Part shown: positions 25,702 to 37,200 of the stretch, piece after piece
How the letters are laid out: every line of letters starts with the position of its first letter
How positions within the stretch are numbered: position 1 is the stretch's first letter
From: Bilabrum cf. latius
Lineage: Eukaryota
Direction: 5' to 3'
Assembly: GCA_965178125.1 (NCBI GenBank)
Contig: OZ237746.1
Coordinates: 1,240,001-1,304,000 of the forward strand
DNA length: 64,000 bases
The notes under the pieces: model-generated
The model's input: the letters and a program-made list of their open reading frames with translations, nothing else
Databases searched by the model: none
What the model was told of the DNA's origin: nothing
Position numbers and translations under genes: made by a program

Positions 25702-26221
25702 ATGCAGTCCTTGCTTGTGTGCATCGCCGCGGTGGCTACGGGAGCCTTTGCTGCCAACTGCCCAGAAATCGCAGATTATCCGCACTGCAAATTAGATTGC
25801 TATTTCGACTGGAACGTGGTCCCGCCAATCGGGTCTCACACGTGAGACTGCTGGCATGGGTTGATCAAGGTTTCGCTCGTCCCGTTCTTGAGCAAGCTAT
25901 CCCGTATTGCTCCGCCCCGCGAACTGTGCCGCCGACCTGCCGTGCAGGTTCACTTGCTAGGGAGTACCTGCCAACGAGAACGTGACAGTCCACTTCTCTG
26001 TGACGAAGCAGCCGGGCATGTCGGCCGGCGTGGGTCTGGACGTCTCGCTGAACGGGGAGAAGCTGGACGAGTACGTGCTGGAGCCGGACTCGCCGCAGAA
26101 CATCTCAGTGACAGAGAGGAATCCCCGCCCTGACGCTGGCAACTGGCAGTTCTACTTGCACAATAGGGACTGGCTCGTTTGGAAGCACGCAGATGTGCGT
26201 TTCCAGACCGACCTATTCTGA
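25702..26221 (+). CDS. Small secreted Cys-containing protein of unknown function (~137 aa)
   Basis: Signal peptide MQSLLVCIAAVATGAFA. Intron 25842-25947 (GTGAGA...GTGCAG, phase 2) joins two listed ORFs. One TAG (FTC*GVP); TGA ends at 26221. Confidence 0.65.
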
Positions 26222-26320
26222 TGTTCCGATCATCACCTGCACCCCGCCCTGATAGATCGAGCGGGTGGTACCCTGCTCGCATAGGCAGTGCTGGCTACCA
26301 CTCTAGACCCGAAAGGCGGC

Positions 26321-26641
26321 TCACTACCGCATGATGCGTTGATCTGCTTCAAGTTGCTTGCTGAGAGGCAGCTGCTGCTCGGGGCCGCACTCGTTGCGGT
26401 GCTGCCCTGCGCGGAGCTGCGACCTGCTTGTTCTCTATAAGATTGCATCGAGCAATTTAATTTTTTTGGCATTCGCGTGGACTGATGCCTGGGTCATAGG
26501 TGCTGCAGCCTCCCTCTTCCCGCGGGGCGGGGATGATGTGAACAGACCTCGCGAGCATCTGGCCGGCCTCTGCCACCCCATCCACTGCAAATCATAGCAC
26601 TCAGTATCGCGTTTTGACGAGCTCACTCTCGAGCTGCGCAT
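26321..26641 (-). CDS. Possible small basic hypothetical protein
   Basis: ATG 26641 to TGA 26323-26321 with two TAGs. The Arg/Ser-rich N-terminus resembles a mitochondrial presequence, and there is a possible 42-nt in-frame GTGAG...TTGCAG intron. No recognisable homology. Confidence 0.25.
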
Positions 26642-26754
26642 GTCCGGACCGCTTGCTTCGCTCCGACGTCGCGCCGACCAGCCCGCCCGGCGGTGGAGCA
26701 AAACCGGAAGACTCAACTTGCATGTGACGTGGCGATGCAAACGCCACTGAATTG

Positions 26755-28998
26755 ATGCACCGAGCTCTCCAAGCTCGTAACTCTGCATCCAGGGTTGTAA
26801 ATCATAAACTTATGTCAAGACACATGGCCCGAGCAGGGCCGCTCGGATCGAAGTCGGCGTCGTCTGCACCTGCAAGCAAGTCACCAGGAATCGTATGGTT
26901 CAAGCAGACCGACTTGCGGCTACACGACCACGAACCGCTAACTATGGCCCATGCATCCCACAGTAGTGTGGCGCATGTGTTTTGTTTTGACCCTAGATGG
27001 TTCGGTACGACCCATTTCTTCGGTTTGCCGCGCGTTGGCTTGCACAGGGCAAGGTTCATGCTCGAGTGCGTGGCCGATCTTCGCGCACAGCTGGAAGGAC
27101 GCGGTGCCCGCCTCATGATTCGTTATGGCAGGCCAGAAGATATTCTTCCCGCCGTGGCTCGATCAGTAGGTGCGACTGCGGTGTACGCACACGAGGAGGC
27201 TTGCATTGAGGAGCGAGACACGGACGCCGCGGTCGGCCGGGCGCTAGCATCCGTAGTACCAGGGTTAGGGGGGAGCTCCTCATCAGCGGCAGCAGTGGGA
27301 GGTGCCTCTGCATCGAGCGAGTCCAAAGAAGCAGCTTCGAACTGGCCGGGTGCACGGCTGGTATCCCTGTGGGGCGGCAGCACCATGTACCACATCGACG
27401 ACCTGCCCATGGACGCACGCAGGAGAGGTGAGGTACCCAACGTGTACACGCAGTTCCGCAAACTCGCGGAGAAGAACTGCGAGGTCAGGGACCCACTGCC
27501 CGCTCCGAAAGCCGAGGCAATCAGGCCAGCGCCCGAGGGGCTACAGGCCGCGGGGGTGCCGCCTGCAACCGAGGCCGTGGGGGCGGCTGTGGCGGGGGCG
27601 GCGGGGGGCTGGGGGGCGCTGCCCTCGATGGACTAGCTGGGTGTGCGTCTGCCCCCCGGGCTGGAGATGCTCGCTGGCACAGGCGGCAAAGAAATGGAGG
27701 AGGAGAAGGAGGTTGCCGCGGGAGGGGCAGCCCTCTCGGTGGAGGCCAAGGAGGACGAGCCAGGGCTGGAGGCAGGGGCAGTGGCGGTAGGAGCATCCTC
27801 CGGTGCGGGTGCATCGCACGGTGGTGCTCCTAGCGCGGATTCTCTGCTGTCAAGCGGTTGGCGGGACCCCCGCTCCGTGCTTCCGTTCGTTGGCGGCGAG
27901 TCGGCGGCGCTGTCCCGTCTGCACTCGTGGATGTGGGAGGGCGACCATCTGAGGAGATACAAGGAGACGAGGAACGGCATGGTGGGCGGGGACTACTCGA
28001 GCAAGTTCTCCCCCTGGCTCGCATTTGGGTGCATCAGCCCCCGCCTGATCCACGAGGAGGTAAGGAGGTACGAGAAGGAGAGGGTGTCCAACTCCAACAC
28101 GTACTGGCTGCTCTTCGAGCTCATCTGGAGGGACTACTTCAGGTTCGCCAGCCTCGGGTGGGGCTCTTCGCTGTTCCAACTGGGCGGTCCTCGTCGGGTG
28201 AAGCCGCACGAGACGGAGAGGCTCTGGAGGAGGGACCCGGCGCTGTTCCGGGCGTGGGCGCAGGGGCGCACTGGGTATCCGTTCGTGGACGCCAACATGC
28301 GGGAGCTGCTGCAGTCCGGGTTCATGAGCAACCGCGGGCGCTAGAACGTGGCCAGTTTTCTGGTGAAGGACATGGAGCTGGATTGGAGGCTCGGGGCGGA
28401 GTGGTTCGAGTCGCTGCTGATCGACCACGACCCGGGGGCCAACTACGGGAACTGGACCTACCAGGCCGGGGTGGGGGCTGACCCGCGGGAGGACAGGTAC
28501 TTTCTCATCCCCAAGCAGTCCCGGCAGTACGACGGCAAAGGGGCCTTCATGCGGCACTGGCTCGGGGCCGAGACGGAGGGCTGGAGCAACGAGGCGTTGC
28601 ACCAGCCGCACATCCGGGCACGGGACCTGAGGGCAATGGGGGAGGAGCCGCCCACACCGGGGCTGCCCGCGAGCAAGCGGGGCAAGGGGGGAAGAGGAGA
28701 CCCCATGCCGGACCCCAGCGCGCTGCAGGCCCCTGTGGACGGGGCCTACCCGTGGCCCGTGGTGGAGCTCATGGCCGTGAGGTCGCCCAGGGGTGGGGGT
28801 GGGGGCCGGGGGGGCGGGGGAAAGGGGGGCCGAGGCGGAGGGGGCAAGCGTGGAGGCAAGGGGGGCAAGGGGGGCCGCCGGGATTTCTCGACGCGCGCCA
28901 GTGGAGGTGCTGGAGAAGGCGAGGGTCGGGGCGGCAGGGGCGGCAAGGGGCGGCGCTCGCGTCGTGGGGGCAAGGGGCGCGTGCAGCACCTTGGGTGA
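26755..28998 (+). CDS. CRY-DASH: Cryptochrome DASH (photolyase family) with RGG-rich C-terminal tail
   Basis: Motifs WFKQTDLRLHDH, GGESAAL, YKETRNG...DYSSKFSPWLAFGCISPR, FELIWRDYF, GYPFVDANMREL, GFMSNRGR*NVASFL and NYGNW.Y.AGVGADPR. TAGs at 27634 and 28342. Start is ATG 26755 or 26812. Confidence 0.95.
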
Positions 28999-29142
28999 AC
29001 GAGCGGGCACGGCATGGATTCTCGGGTGTGTCTGGGTGTGGCATTCCGTGGTAGCACACGCATAGAGTATAGTATTTCACACACCTCAATCCGCTGGGAT
29101 GGGCAAGACAGACCCTTGATGCTCCACAGTCCCGTGCTCGGC

Positions 29143-29904
29143 TCACATCTTGGGCAGCTCCTTGATGGCCGGCAGCAGCTCCGAGGCCCTAGACCCAAGG
29201 CTTCCCTTGTCCGGTACCATCACCACAGAGGTGGCGCGCTTGGTTCGCGCGGCGGACCCTAGCTGTTGCTTGGACTCTACGAACACGCAGGGCACCCCCT
29301 GCTCCTCGCAGTAGATGGGGATGTGCGAGATCACGTCCTCGGGGTAAATGTCCCCGGCCAGCACCACGAGGCCCTTTCCTCCCTTTCGGATCGATTTGAT
29401 TACTTCCTTCACCCCTCGCTTCAATTCTTTTGCCAACGCAGCTGCGACGACAAGAAGGAAGCTGGGCATGCTGTAGCAACTATATTCGCTTGCTGAACAG
29501 CGAAAAGTAAGACAGCATCACTGCGTACTGGCTCTCACCCTTCTGCACAAGGCGCAACACGTCCAAACCCAGCTTCTTGCCGGCAAGAGGCTTGGCAATA
29601 TCGCTAACTATCACGGGAATCGTAGGCTCCCGGATGGATTCAGGGGCAGCATCAGCACCGGCGCCAGACGCAGCACCTGACTCTTTCTTGCTCTTCTTGG
29701 ACTTCTTCTCCTTCTTCTCCTTCTTTTCCTTCTTGTCCTTCTTACTGGAATCCTTAGGCTGCGTACGCAAGAGGCTCTAAACAGAAAAGCTTCAGAATAG
29801 CCAGCAACTGCACAAGATGGTTGGCATAGCGCCATTTCTTCAGACGACCATGAAGTGCATCATTGTTGCATACCGTGGTTGCAGTTTCGCTACATTCTCA
29901 CCAT
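29143..29904 (-). CDS. NHP2: NHP2-like H/ACA snoRNP protein (L7Ae family) with Lys-rich N-terminus
   Basis: Predicted exons are 29904-29902 (ATG only), 29758-29539 and 29441-29143. Both introns are GTGAGA...CGCAG. Motifs IAKPLAGKKL, LKRGVKEVIKSIRKG, LAGDIYPEDVISHIP and LGSAARTKRATS. Confidence 0.9.
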
Positions 29905-30059
29905 TATTGGACTTGCAAAGCGAATGTATCATCTTGCAGTTCTCTTTCGCAGGTGTGATGAATGCAGTGGAGCGGTTGTAACCAAGTTGCAACCGGCTGA
30001 CATTGGCTGCTGCAGCAGCACGCGACAAAGTGCCTTCCGGGACTGACAGGCCTGATAGC

Positions 30060-30970
30060 ATGCTAAGACGAGCTGTAGCTCGCGGTGGAAGGCAGGCATT
30101 GGGATGCTTTAGGCGCACTAGCATGCAGCGAGTTGCTCCTATGCAAGTACGAACAGCATACCAAACGCTGAACAGACCAGCAGATGCAAAGGCCAAAATT
30201 CACAACGCTGACGAAGCAGGATACATGATGGACCCATCTTAGATTCAATTGTAGAAGTAGTAGGTCCTTGAAGAGGTAGATGGCGAGCTAGCCCGGCGAA
30301 ATGTGTACGAACAGGCTCAGGACGAGCTCCAGATCACCACTGGCGCGAAGGCCTTCGAAATTCGTGAGCAAGTCTCGCGCTGCCCCCTCTGGTGGTATGC
30401 TCCTGTATAGTATGTGTATTTCTGCATTGGATACTCTCGGCTCTGCACGAACCTCCATTGTCTTCGCTACCTTCGTTCGACTACGCAGTGCTGGATCGAA
30501 TCGCCTTCTTGATGCTGATCACCGACATGTTCCGGGGGGTTGCCATCGCAATGGAGCAGTGGTACAGACCCAAGGCCACCATCCTTTATCCATTCGAGAA
30601 GAACACGTACTCGCCACGATTCCGCGGGGAGCACGCCCTGCGGCGGTACCCGTCGGGCGAGGAGAGGTGCATCGCCTGCAAGCTGTGCGAGGCTATCTGC
30701 CCCGCCCAGGCCATCACTATCGAGACAGAGGCTCGCGACGACAACAGCCGGCGCACGGTCAAGTACGACATCGACATGACCAAGTGCATCTACTGCGGGT
30801 TCTGCCAGGAGTCGTGCCCCGTGGACGCCATCGTAGAGGGACCCAACTACGAGTTCGCCACGGAGACACACGAGGAGCTGCACTACGACAAGGAGAAGCT
30901 GCTGGCCAACGGGGACAGGTGGGAGAGGGCGCTGGCCCACAACATCGAGGCCGATGCGCCCTACCGATGA
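30060..30970 (+). CDS. NDUFS8: Mitochondrial complex I Fe-S subunit TYKY/NDUFS8 (NuoI homolog)
   Basis: Presequence-like [19 protein letters not shown]. Four TAGs lie at 30240-30263. Intron 30364-30488 (GTGAGC...CGCAG). Motifs [31 protein letters not shown] and [16 protein letters not shown]. Confidence 0.97.
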
Positions 30971-31506
30971 ATGAAGGCATGCTTTATTGCAGGGCTGCGG
31001 AGAGATGTACCTGGGCCGCTGATTGGAAGATGCCGACCATTTCGCGTAACTTGAAGCCAAATCCGATTCTCATCCAGCATTTGGTTCGCCACGTCCGTAT
31101 GTTCCGCTGCGACCAATAGCGGCGCGGGGATGCGCGGCGAGATGCTTCGGAAGTTCACCACGCACCCCCCAATCCGCTGCACAAAAGGTGCGGCAGCTAT
31201 TCCCTCGCGTCCTGGCTGGTTTTAGCTATTACAATGAGTATTTCTGGGACTAAGACAGCCAAAGTTGGCTCATCGTTGGCACCCCGAGCGGCGCTGAATG
31301 CACGAGTCGGCTTTCAATCACGCAGTACTTCAGCCGTCAAGCTTGGCGCTAGTCGGTCGTGGGCGGCTGAATTCTGCGTAGTTGCAGCTCTTGGCGTCGT
31401 CTCGTATGCCTAGGCGCCAAATGTTGCTCTGGCGATAGCTTCTGGCCTGATCGGAGGGGCTGTTGCGGCGATTCTGGCGGCGCTTCCGGGACGTATCGCG
31501 ACGGCA

Positions 31507-33666
31507 ATGCCTGCGGATGGCATGTCGAACAGCGTCTTGCTGTGGCAAACTTCGAGCTTTGTGCTATTTCTGAGCGTAGGCCTTGGAATCCCCGTCATGG
31601 AGGGCGCCATGGCGCCGTTGGGGCTGCTTCCATACGCAGCAGCCGCCCTGACGGCCTGGAACGTGCTTCTCGCCTGGCGTTTCACCGAGCCTGCACTGGC
31701 TGTCGTGGAAGATCGCATCCAGAACATGCAAAAGAATTGGGACGAAAACACTATCCGCTGCTTTGTGGAGATCGTTGGCCTCGTCGCTGGGACGAGCTTC
31801 GGCGTTGCACTCTCAGGAGCAAACGGCTCCCCTACTGTACTTGCCCGCGCAGCCATCGGTGGGATCGCCGGATTCTCACTGGCGGCCGCAGTGTTGATTT
31901 GTGCACAACTTGCATTGGATCGGCTCGACGATTCGGCTATGAAGAGCTACCGAGCGCACGCTGAGGGCATTGCAAGATTGGCAAACAAGCAGCAGGATCG
32001 CCACGACCTCAGGATTGAAGCCGAGAATCGCGCGCGCACCGCGTCGTCTCAAGGCTCGAATTCTGATTGCGAGGAAGAGGAGCAGAAGGTCGAGGATGAC
32101 GACGACCTCAGCCGTGAGTCGTCCAGCGACTCCCTGGCGATCGAGCAGGAGCGAGCAGAGCCGGTGACCGCAGCCGAGCAGCAAACCGCCCCCGTGTGCC
32201 CGATGGACGTTCCCTCTGAGAAGGACATGATCTGGAGGGAGGAGCAGGGCGTCTCGGTGCTGGTGCCCCGCGGCATCCCCTCCCGCGAGCACAGGGCCTC
32301 GGAGGCGCCGCTTCGCACTGACATCACCATGGCCGAGGTGGCGAGGCACTGCACGCGGAAGGACGCATGGATCTGCATCGAGGGGCGCGCCTACGACGTG
32401 ACGAGCTACGTGGAGCGGCACCCGGGGGGCTGGCTCCCCATCGCAGACCTGGCGGGCAAGGACGTCACGGACGCGTTCGCCAACTACCACCCCGCCGCGG
32501 TGTACGAGAAATTGCTGCCGCAGTTCTACATCGGGGACATCCAGGACTACTCGGAATCAGAATTCGTCCGGGAGCACCGCGCCATCCGGCAGGAGCTGCT
32601 GCGGGAGGGGCTGTTCGAGACCCGACCGTCCTTCTACGCGTACATGGGCGCTTGGTACGTGCTTCTCTTCTCGGCGGGCGTGTTCTTCACCGTGATGCGG
32701 CCCACCGTGGCGGAGCACATGGTGGGAGCCTTCTTCTTCGCTTTCTTCTGGCAGCAGGTGGCCTTCTTCGGGCACGACATCGGGCACAACTCGGTGTCGC
32801 ACAAGCGCGAGTCTGACCTGTGGTGGGGCATCGTGCTGGGGAACACGACCGGGGGCATCTCGTTGGCGTGGTGGAAGCGCTCGCACAACGTGCACCACGT
32901 GGTCTGCAACTCGATCGAGCACGACCCTGACATCCAGCACATGCCCATCTTCGCCGTGGACGAGGGCATCTTCGGCAAGTTCTTCTCCACCTACCACCAG
33001 AGGGAGGTGATCACGGACGCGGCCGCCCGCTTCCTGGTGCAGTTCCAGCACTGGCTGTACCTCCCGGTCATGGCCGTGGCTCGGTTCAACCTGTACGCGC
33101 AGGGCTACCTGCTGCTGCTGTCCAAGGAGAAGGTGCAGTGGAAGGCGATGGAGCTGGGCACCCTGTCCGTATTCCTCAGCTGGTTCACCGCCATGGTCTG
33201 GCTGTGCCTGGGCTCCTGGCAGGAGAGGGTGGCCTATCTGCTGCTGTCCCACGGGCTGGCTGGTCTTTTGCACGTGCAGATCACGCTGTCGCATTTCGCC
33301 GAGGACACGTACCACGGGGGGGCCTACAACGACGAGTCCGACGAGTGGTTCCGCATGCAGACCAAGACCTCGCTCAACGTGGACTGCCCCAAGTGGATGG
33401 ACTGGTTCCACGGAGGCCTGCAGTTCCAGATCGAGCACCACTTGTACCCTCGCCTGCCGAGGCACAACCTGAGGGCCGCCCGGGAGAGGGTCCGGGCCCT
33501 GTGTGCCAAGCACGGGGTGCAGTACAAGGAGATGGGATTCTTCAAGTGCGTGCTAAGGGTGCTGCAGAAGATGAAGGAGACTGCCATCAAGGCGGGCCAG
33601 CTGACGAAGGGAGACGCCGGCTTCTACGAATCGCCCCTCTACGCCGGGCTGCACGCCGAGGGCTGA
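31507..33666 (+). CDS. Cytochrome b5-fusion front-end desaturase (delta-8 sphingolipid / delta-6 type) with N-terminal membrane extension
   Basis: HPGG haem motif and three His boxes (HDIGH, HNVHH, QIEHH), plus DPDIQH and WFHGGLQFQ. Uninterrupted ORF ending at TGA. Confidence 0.93.
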   Translation: MPADGMSNSVLLWQTSSFVLFLSVGLGIPVMEGAMAPLGLLPYAAAALTAWNVLLAWRFTEPALAVVEDRIQNMQKNWDENTIRCFVEIVGLVAGTSFGVALSGANGSPTVLARAAIGGIAGFSLAAAVLICAQLALDRLDDSAMKSYRAHAEGIARLANKQQDRHDLRIEAENRARTASSQGSNSDCEEEEQKVEDDDDLSRESSSDSLAIEQERAEPVTAAEQQTAPVCPMDVPSEKDMIWREEQGVSVLVPRGIPSREHRASEAPLRTDITMAEVARHCTRKDAWICIEGRAYDVTSYVERHPGGWLPIADLAGKDVTDAFANYHPAAVYEKLLPQFYIGDIQDYSESEFVREHRAIRQELLREGLFETRPSFYAYMGAWYVLLFSAGVFFTVMRPTVAEHMVGAFFFAFFWQQVAFFGHDIGHNSVSHKRESDLWWGIVLGNTTGGISLAWWKRSHNVHHVVCNSIEHDPDIQHMPIFAVDEGIFGKFFSTYHQREVITDAAARFLVQFQHWLYLPVMAVARFNLYAQGYLLLLSKEKVQWKAMELGTLSVFLSWFTAMVWLCLGSWQERVAYLLLSHGLAGLLHVQITLSHFAEDTYHGGAYNDESDEWFRMQTKTSLNVDCPKWMDWFHGGLQFQIEHHLYPRLPRHNLRAARERVRALCAKHGVQYKEMGFFKCVLRVLQKMKETAIKAGQLTKGDAGFYESPLYAGLHAEG

Positions 33667-33872
33667 GGGAGCAAGGCCCACGAAGGGCGTCTGGGAGGAA
33701 TCTTTCGTGTTGAATGTAACCAGTCTTTGTCGTACTTGGTCAGTGGATCAACTAGCCATTGTTGCCTTATTCTCCGATAGTTTTCTGCTCCATCTGCAGT
33801 TGCTGTTGAGACCCAGCAACGGATCGCTGCGTGGAGGCCTCTGCACTTGGTCCCGCTGTTCTACCTACGCGC

Positions 33873-36416
33873 ATGGCGTCAAGGCGTGCCTCCCTTCAAG
33901 ATGACGCGAGGCTTCTTTTGGCATCAGAGTCCGAGAGAGACGCCAAGCAGCCGACGAAAGCCGCCCGAGTGCCCGACGGAAGCCGTAGGGAGACGATGCG
34001 CGCTGGAATGGCAGTGTTCGGCCAGCCAAGCATGCTATCGTGGGCTTCCTTTGCTGGTACACGAATGTGGGGCTTGTGCACCTGGTCACGCGATGGCTCG
34101 CCGAATCCAGTCCCGCTGCATGCCGAGGATGAGGAGCTGGATTACGCCGGGATCTCAAGTGCAAGTGGCGGCGGTCCGATTGCCGCGCCCGGTATCGTTA
34201 CGAGGCAGCCTAGGCCTCTGCCGATTGACTCTAGGGCGTAGTGGCCAGATATGCCGAGCCTTGCCTCGCAATTCGCTCGGATTCCCTTTGAACACGCTGC
34301 TACAGGCGGGCGGACGAGTTGCAGGCTTGGTCGAGTGCCCCCTTCTGGGCTTCTTGAACTGATTGCATTCGCTGAAAGTCAACCGAGGCATTTTACGATG
34401 CCATTACACATTTTGACGTCCAAGCGATCGGCAGAGGATCTAGCCGTGGAGGACGGGGCGGCACACGAGGCTCGGGCGTCTGCCGCCTCGGCAGGAGGGG
34501 ACGAGGAAATGGGCGGTCGCCTGATCCTCCGGAGCGATTCGCCCGTGAAGGACAGGACCGGCGGACCTTTGGCCATGCGACCGGGCCTGGACGCGGGCCA
34601 CAGCAGCATCCTCTCCCTAGCGCCCCCCTCGGAGCAGGAGGGCGGATTCGACCCCTCTTTGCTGGACGGGGGGCCCAGCGCGGCCTCGGTGCCCTCCCAT
34701 ACGACCGAGAGAACAATGGGCGAAGGGAGTGTAACCCTGCCCGGAGGCAGCACCACGGCCGCCGTGCTCCCCACAGCAGCGGCCCAAGCCCGCGTGCTGC
34801 TCGGGCTAGGAGACAGGCCCCCCGCCAGGGCCTCCACGGGGAGACCGCCCTCCAGGCCTGCCCTGGCTGGATCGCTGGAGCGGTGGAGCAGGCGCAGGGA
34901 GCCCTTGGGAGAGGCCATGCGCGGCGCCGGGGCCATTGATAGGCGAATCAAGGATGACGGGGCGTCCTCGATGGCAGAGGGGAAGGCGGGCGAGCTGGAG
35001 GCAGGCGCAGAGATACAAGCGGCGGAGGGGAGCCCCCGCAGCATGCACGACACACCGGAGCACGGCCTCACCCTCCCCCCGGGTATGTCCTCTGTGATGG
35101 TTCGGGGACACGTCTCGGCTGACGCGTGGCAGCCCACTGGGACGGTGCACGTGTTCGGGTCACCTGGCCCGGGGAGGGTGCGGCTATCACTGCTGCTGTC
35201 TCAGCACCCACCCGCCGCCCTGCTTGTTCCCTCGGATGGGCCGGGTGCTCCTGGCATGCGGGCGGGATCGACCCTGTCCGGGACTGCTGCGGGGGTGGTG
35301 CTTGGTGCGGCCGGCAGGGGTCCTCTGGGGTGGCGGCCGCAGGGGGAGTGCTACGGGTGGGTGGGTCGCAGAGTATGGGTGCGCAGGCGACTTTCCACTG
35401 GCTTGCTGGAGCTGTGGCCGTACAGCACCTACGCGGCTGCCTCCATCTCGCAGGCCGGGGCACTCACAGGGGGTGGCGGCATCACTGCGGGAGAGGGCTG
35501 GAACGCGGACCCCTCCCAGTCCCAGTCCCAGTCCCAGCCGCATCCCCCCGCAGGAAGGGTCCTGCCTGCGGATGACCCCTCCTGGTCCAGCGAGGACAGC
35601 GGGTGCGCGCTTGCTGGGAGCGCGCTTGGGCTTGCGGGGCCCGTGCCGGGGACTGTAGCGGTGGACGTGTGGTTCGCGCGAGACGGGAGCGGGCGGTGCC
35701 TCATCACCACGCACCAAGAGGGCGCGGCGGGGGCCTACGAGGCCGCGGGGCTGGCGGGCCGTCGATTGGCCGCTGGTGGGGAGGGGCCTCGGGGGGCTGG
35801 GCTGGCGGGGGGCACGGCGGGGGACTGGGCCGGGAGGGTTCCATCGCTGGCGGGGGCGGGGGCCTTGCCCCACGAGTGGGTGCCGGGATTCCGGTTTTAC
35901 GCCTTCGCGGCTCGCGTGGCCGGGACGAGTCCGCTGGCTCTGTTCAGCCGGAAGGTGTCTCGGAGCGCTCTGGCAGATGCAGAGACCGAGGCTGCCATGG
36001 CGGAGGAGTAGGATGGGACTGTGTGGGGAGGGGAGGAGGAGGAGGAGGAGGAGGATGGCGTGGAGGAAGAAGAAGGCGGTGGGACCGAGAGGGATGCGGG
36101 GCATGGGGGTAGGGACGGGGGCTTTTCGGCTCGAGTGCGGAGTGTCAGGGCCGAGCTGAGGCGGCGGTGGAGGAGGGCCCAGCGGGCACCCAGAGGGAAG
36201 GCTTCCATCTCGAGGGCGGGGGCCAGGGCGGCCGTGGCTGTGGCCGGGAGGGCCGCAGGGGGGGACCCTGCGGCGGCAGCTGCGGAGCTCGCCGAGGCGG
36301 GTCACCTTGCTGCCGAAGGGACGGACGAGGCGGTCCACTGCGAGCTGAGGGACCCCAAGGACGGGCCGCCGGTTGGCAAGTGGAGGCACATCACTACCCT
36401 ATTCATGTTTCCGTGA
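33873..36416 (+). CDS. Hypothetical protein (~847 aa)
   Basis: Three listed ORFs share one frame, joined by TAGs at 34239 and 36009, and end at TGA 36414-36416. Low-complexity linkers alternate with globular-looking blocks. No family recognised. Confidence 0.6.
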
Positions 36417-36462
36417 AGAGCTTCCGCATGCTGCATATGTTATATATAGTCTAGTATCATAC

Positions 36463-36927
36463 TCAAGATCCAGCTCGCCTGATCAGCATGTATATCCTCT
36501 GGTCAAGGCTAATGTTGACCAAATGACTCGGGTGGGACTGGATCATCATGAGCAGTCCGCCGAAACTAGCGATAATTGCGACTCTCGATGACTTAGTCTT
36601 CTAGTACCTGAAGACCTTGCCACACATCCCGTAATCGTACTGATCCAGCAGTGTTTTCTTGCCGCTCTAGTCGTATGTATCCACGTCGTCCTCCTTGCCG
36701 TCCAGTCGCAGGGTCGATGCCAATGCAATGGTCAGCCTCTATCCAACCTTAACAGGAAACAGTTCTGAGGCCACGTCAAACACGAGGTCCGCTCCGAAAG
36801 CAGTGCAGTGAGACACAACTCGATCCACTCGCTTGAACGTCTTTCCCTCCGGGTTTACCTTTTGCACCTCAAACAAGTCCTCGAACAGAATCTGAGATGA
36901 ACTACCGCTTGAAGACGATCCGGACAT
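36463..36927 (-). CDS. RPB8: RNA polymerase I/II/III shared subunit RPB8 (154 aa)
   Basis: Motifs ILFEDLFEV...GKTFKRVDRV, LFPVKVG*RLTIALASTL, LLDQYDYGMCGKVF, ASFGGLLM and RIYMLIRR. TAGs at 36739, 36667 and 36601; TGA at 36465-36463. Confidence 0.95.
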
Positions 36928-37200
36928 GGCAACCTATCCGCCAGCTGCTGCCATGCTTGGGGTTTGCGCTCGTTGCCGTCTGTGGAACATCATGCGGAAC
37001 CAATTGCGCGGCGCCGAACGATGGAGCATGGACAATACATTGCTGCTAGACTCCAGCGTGATAATAGGAGTCATTCAGTGCTGGCATGATACAAGGCGTA
37101 TTTCTGGCAAGAAGGTCCCACTGAGCCAATCGCGTGGCTGCACGAGCCTAAACCCCACACCACAGCGCTAAACGAAGCAGTGCCTGCCCAATCGCTCTAC

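Noticed and set aside
36601-36741. UAG = Glu, Leu or pyrrolysine
   Set aside because: Some RPB8 TAG sites align to often-acidic but variable positions. The strongly conserved sites (CRY-DASH NRGRQ, DNA2 QxxxY) require Gln, and most TAGs lie in polar contexts. Pyrrolysine is prokaryotic and rare.
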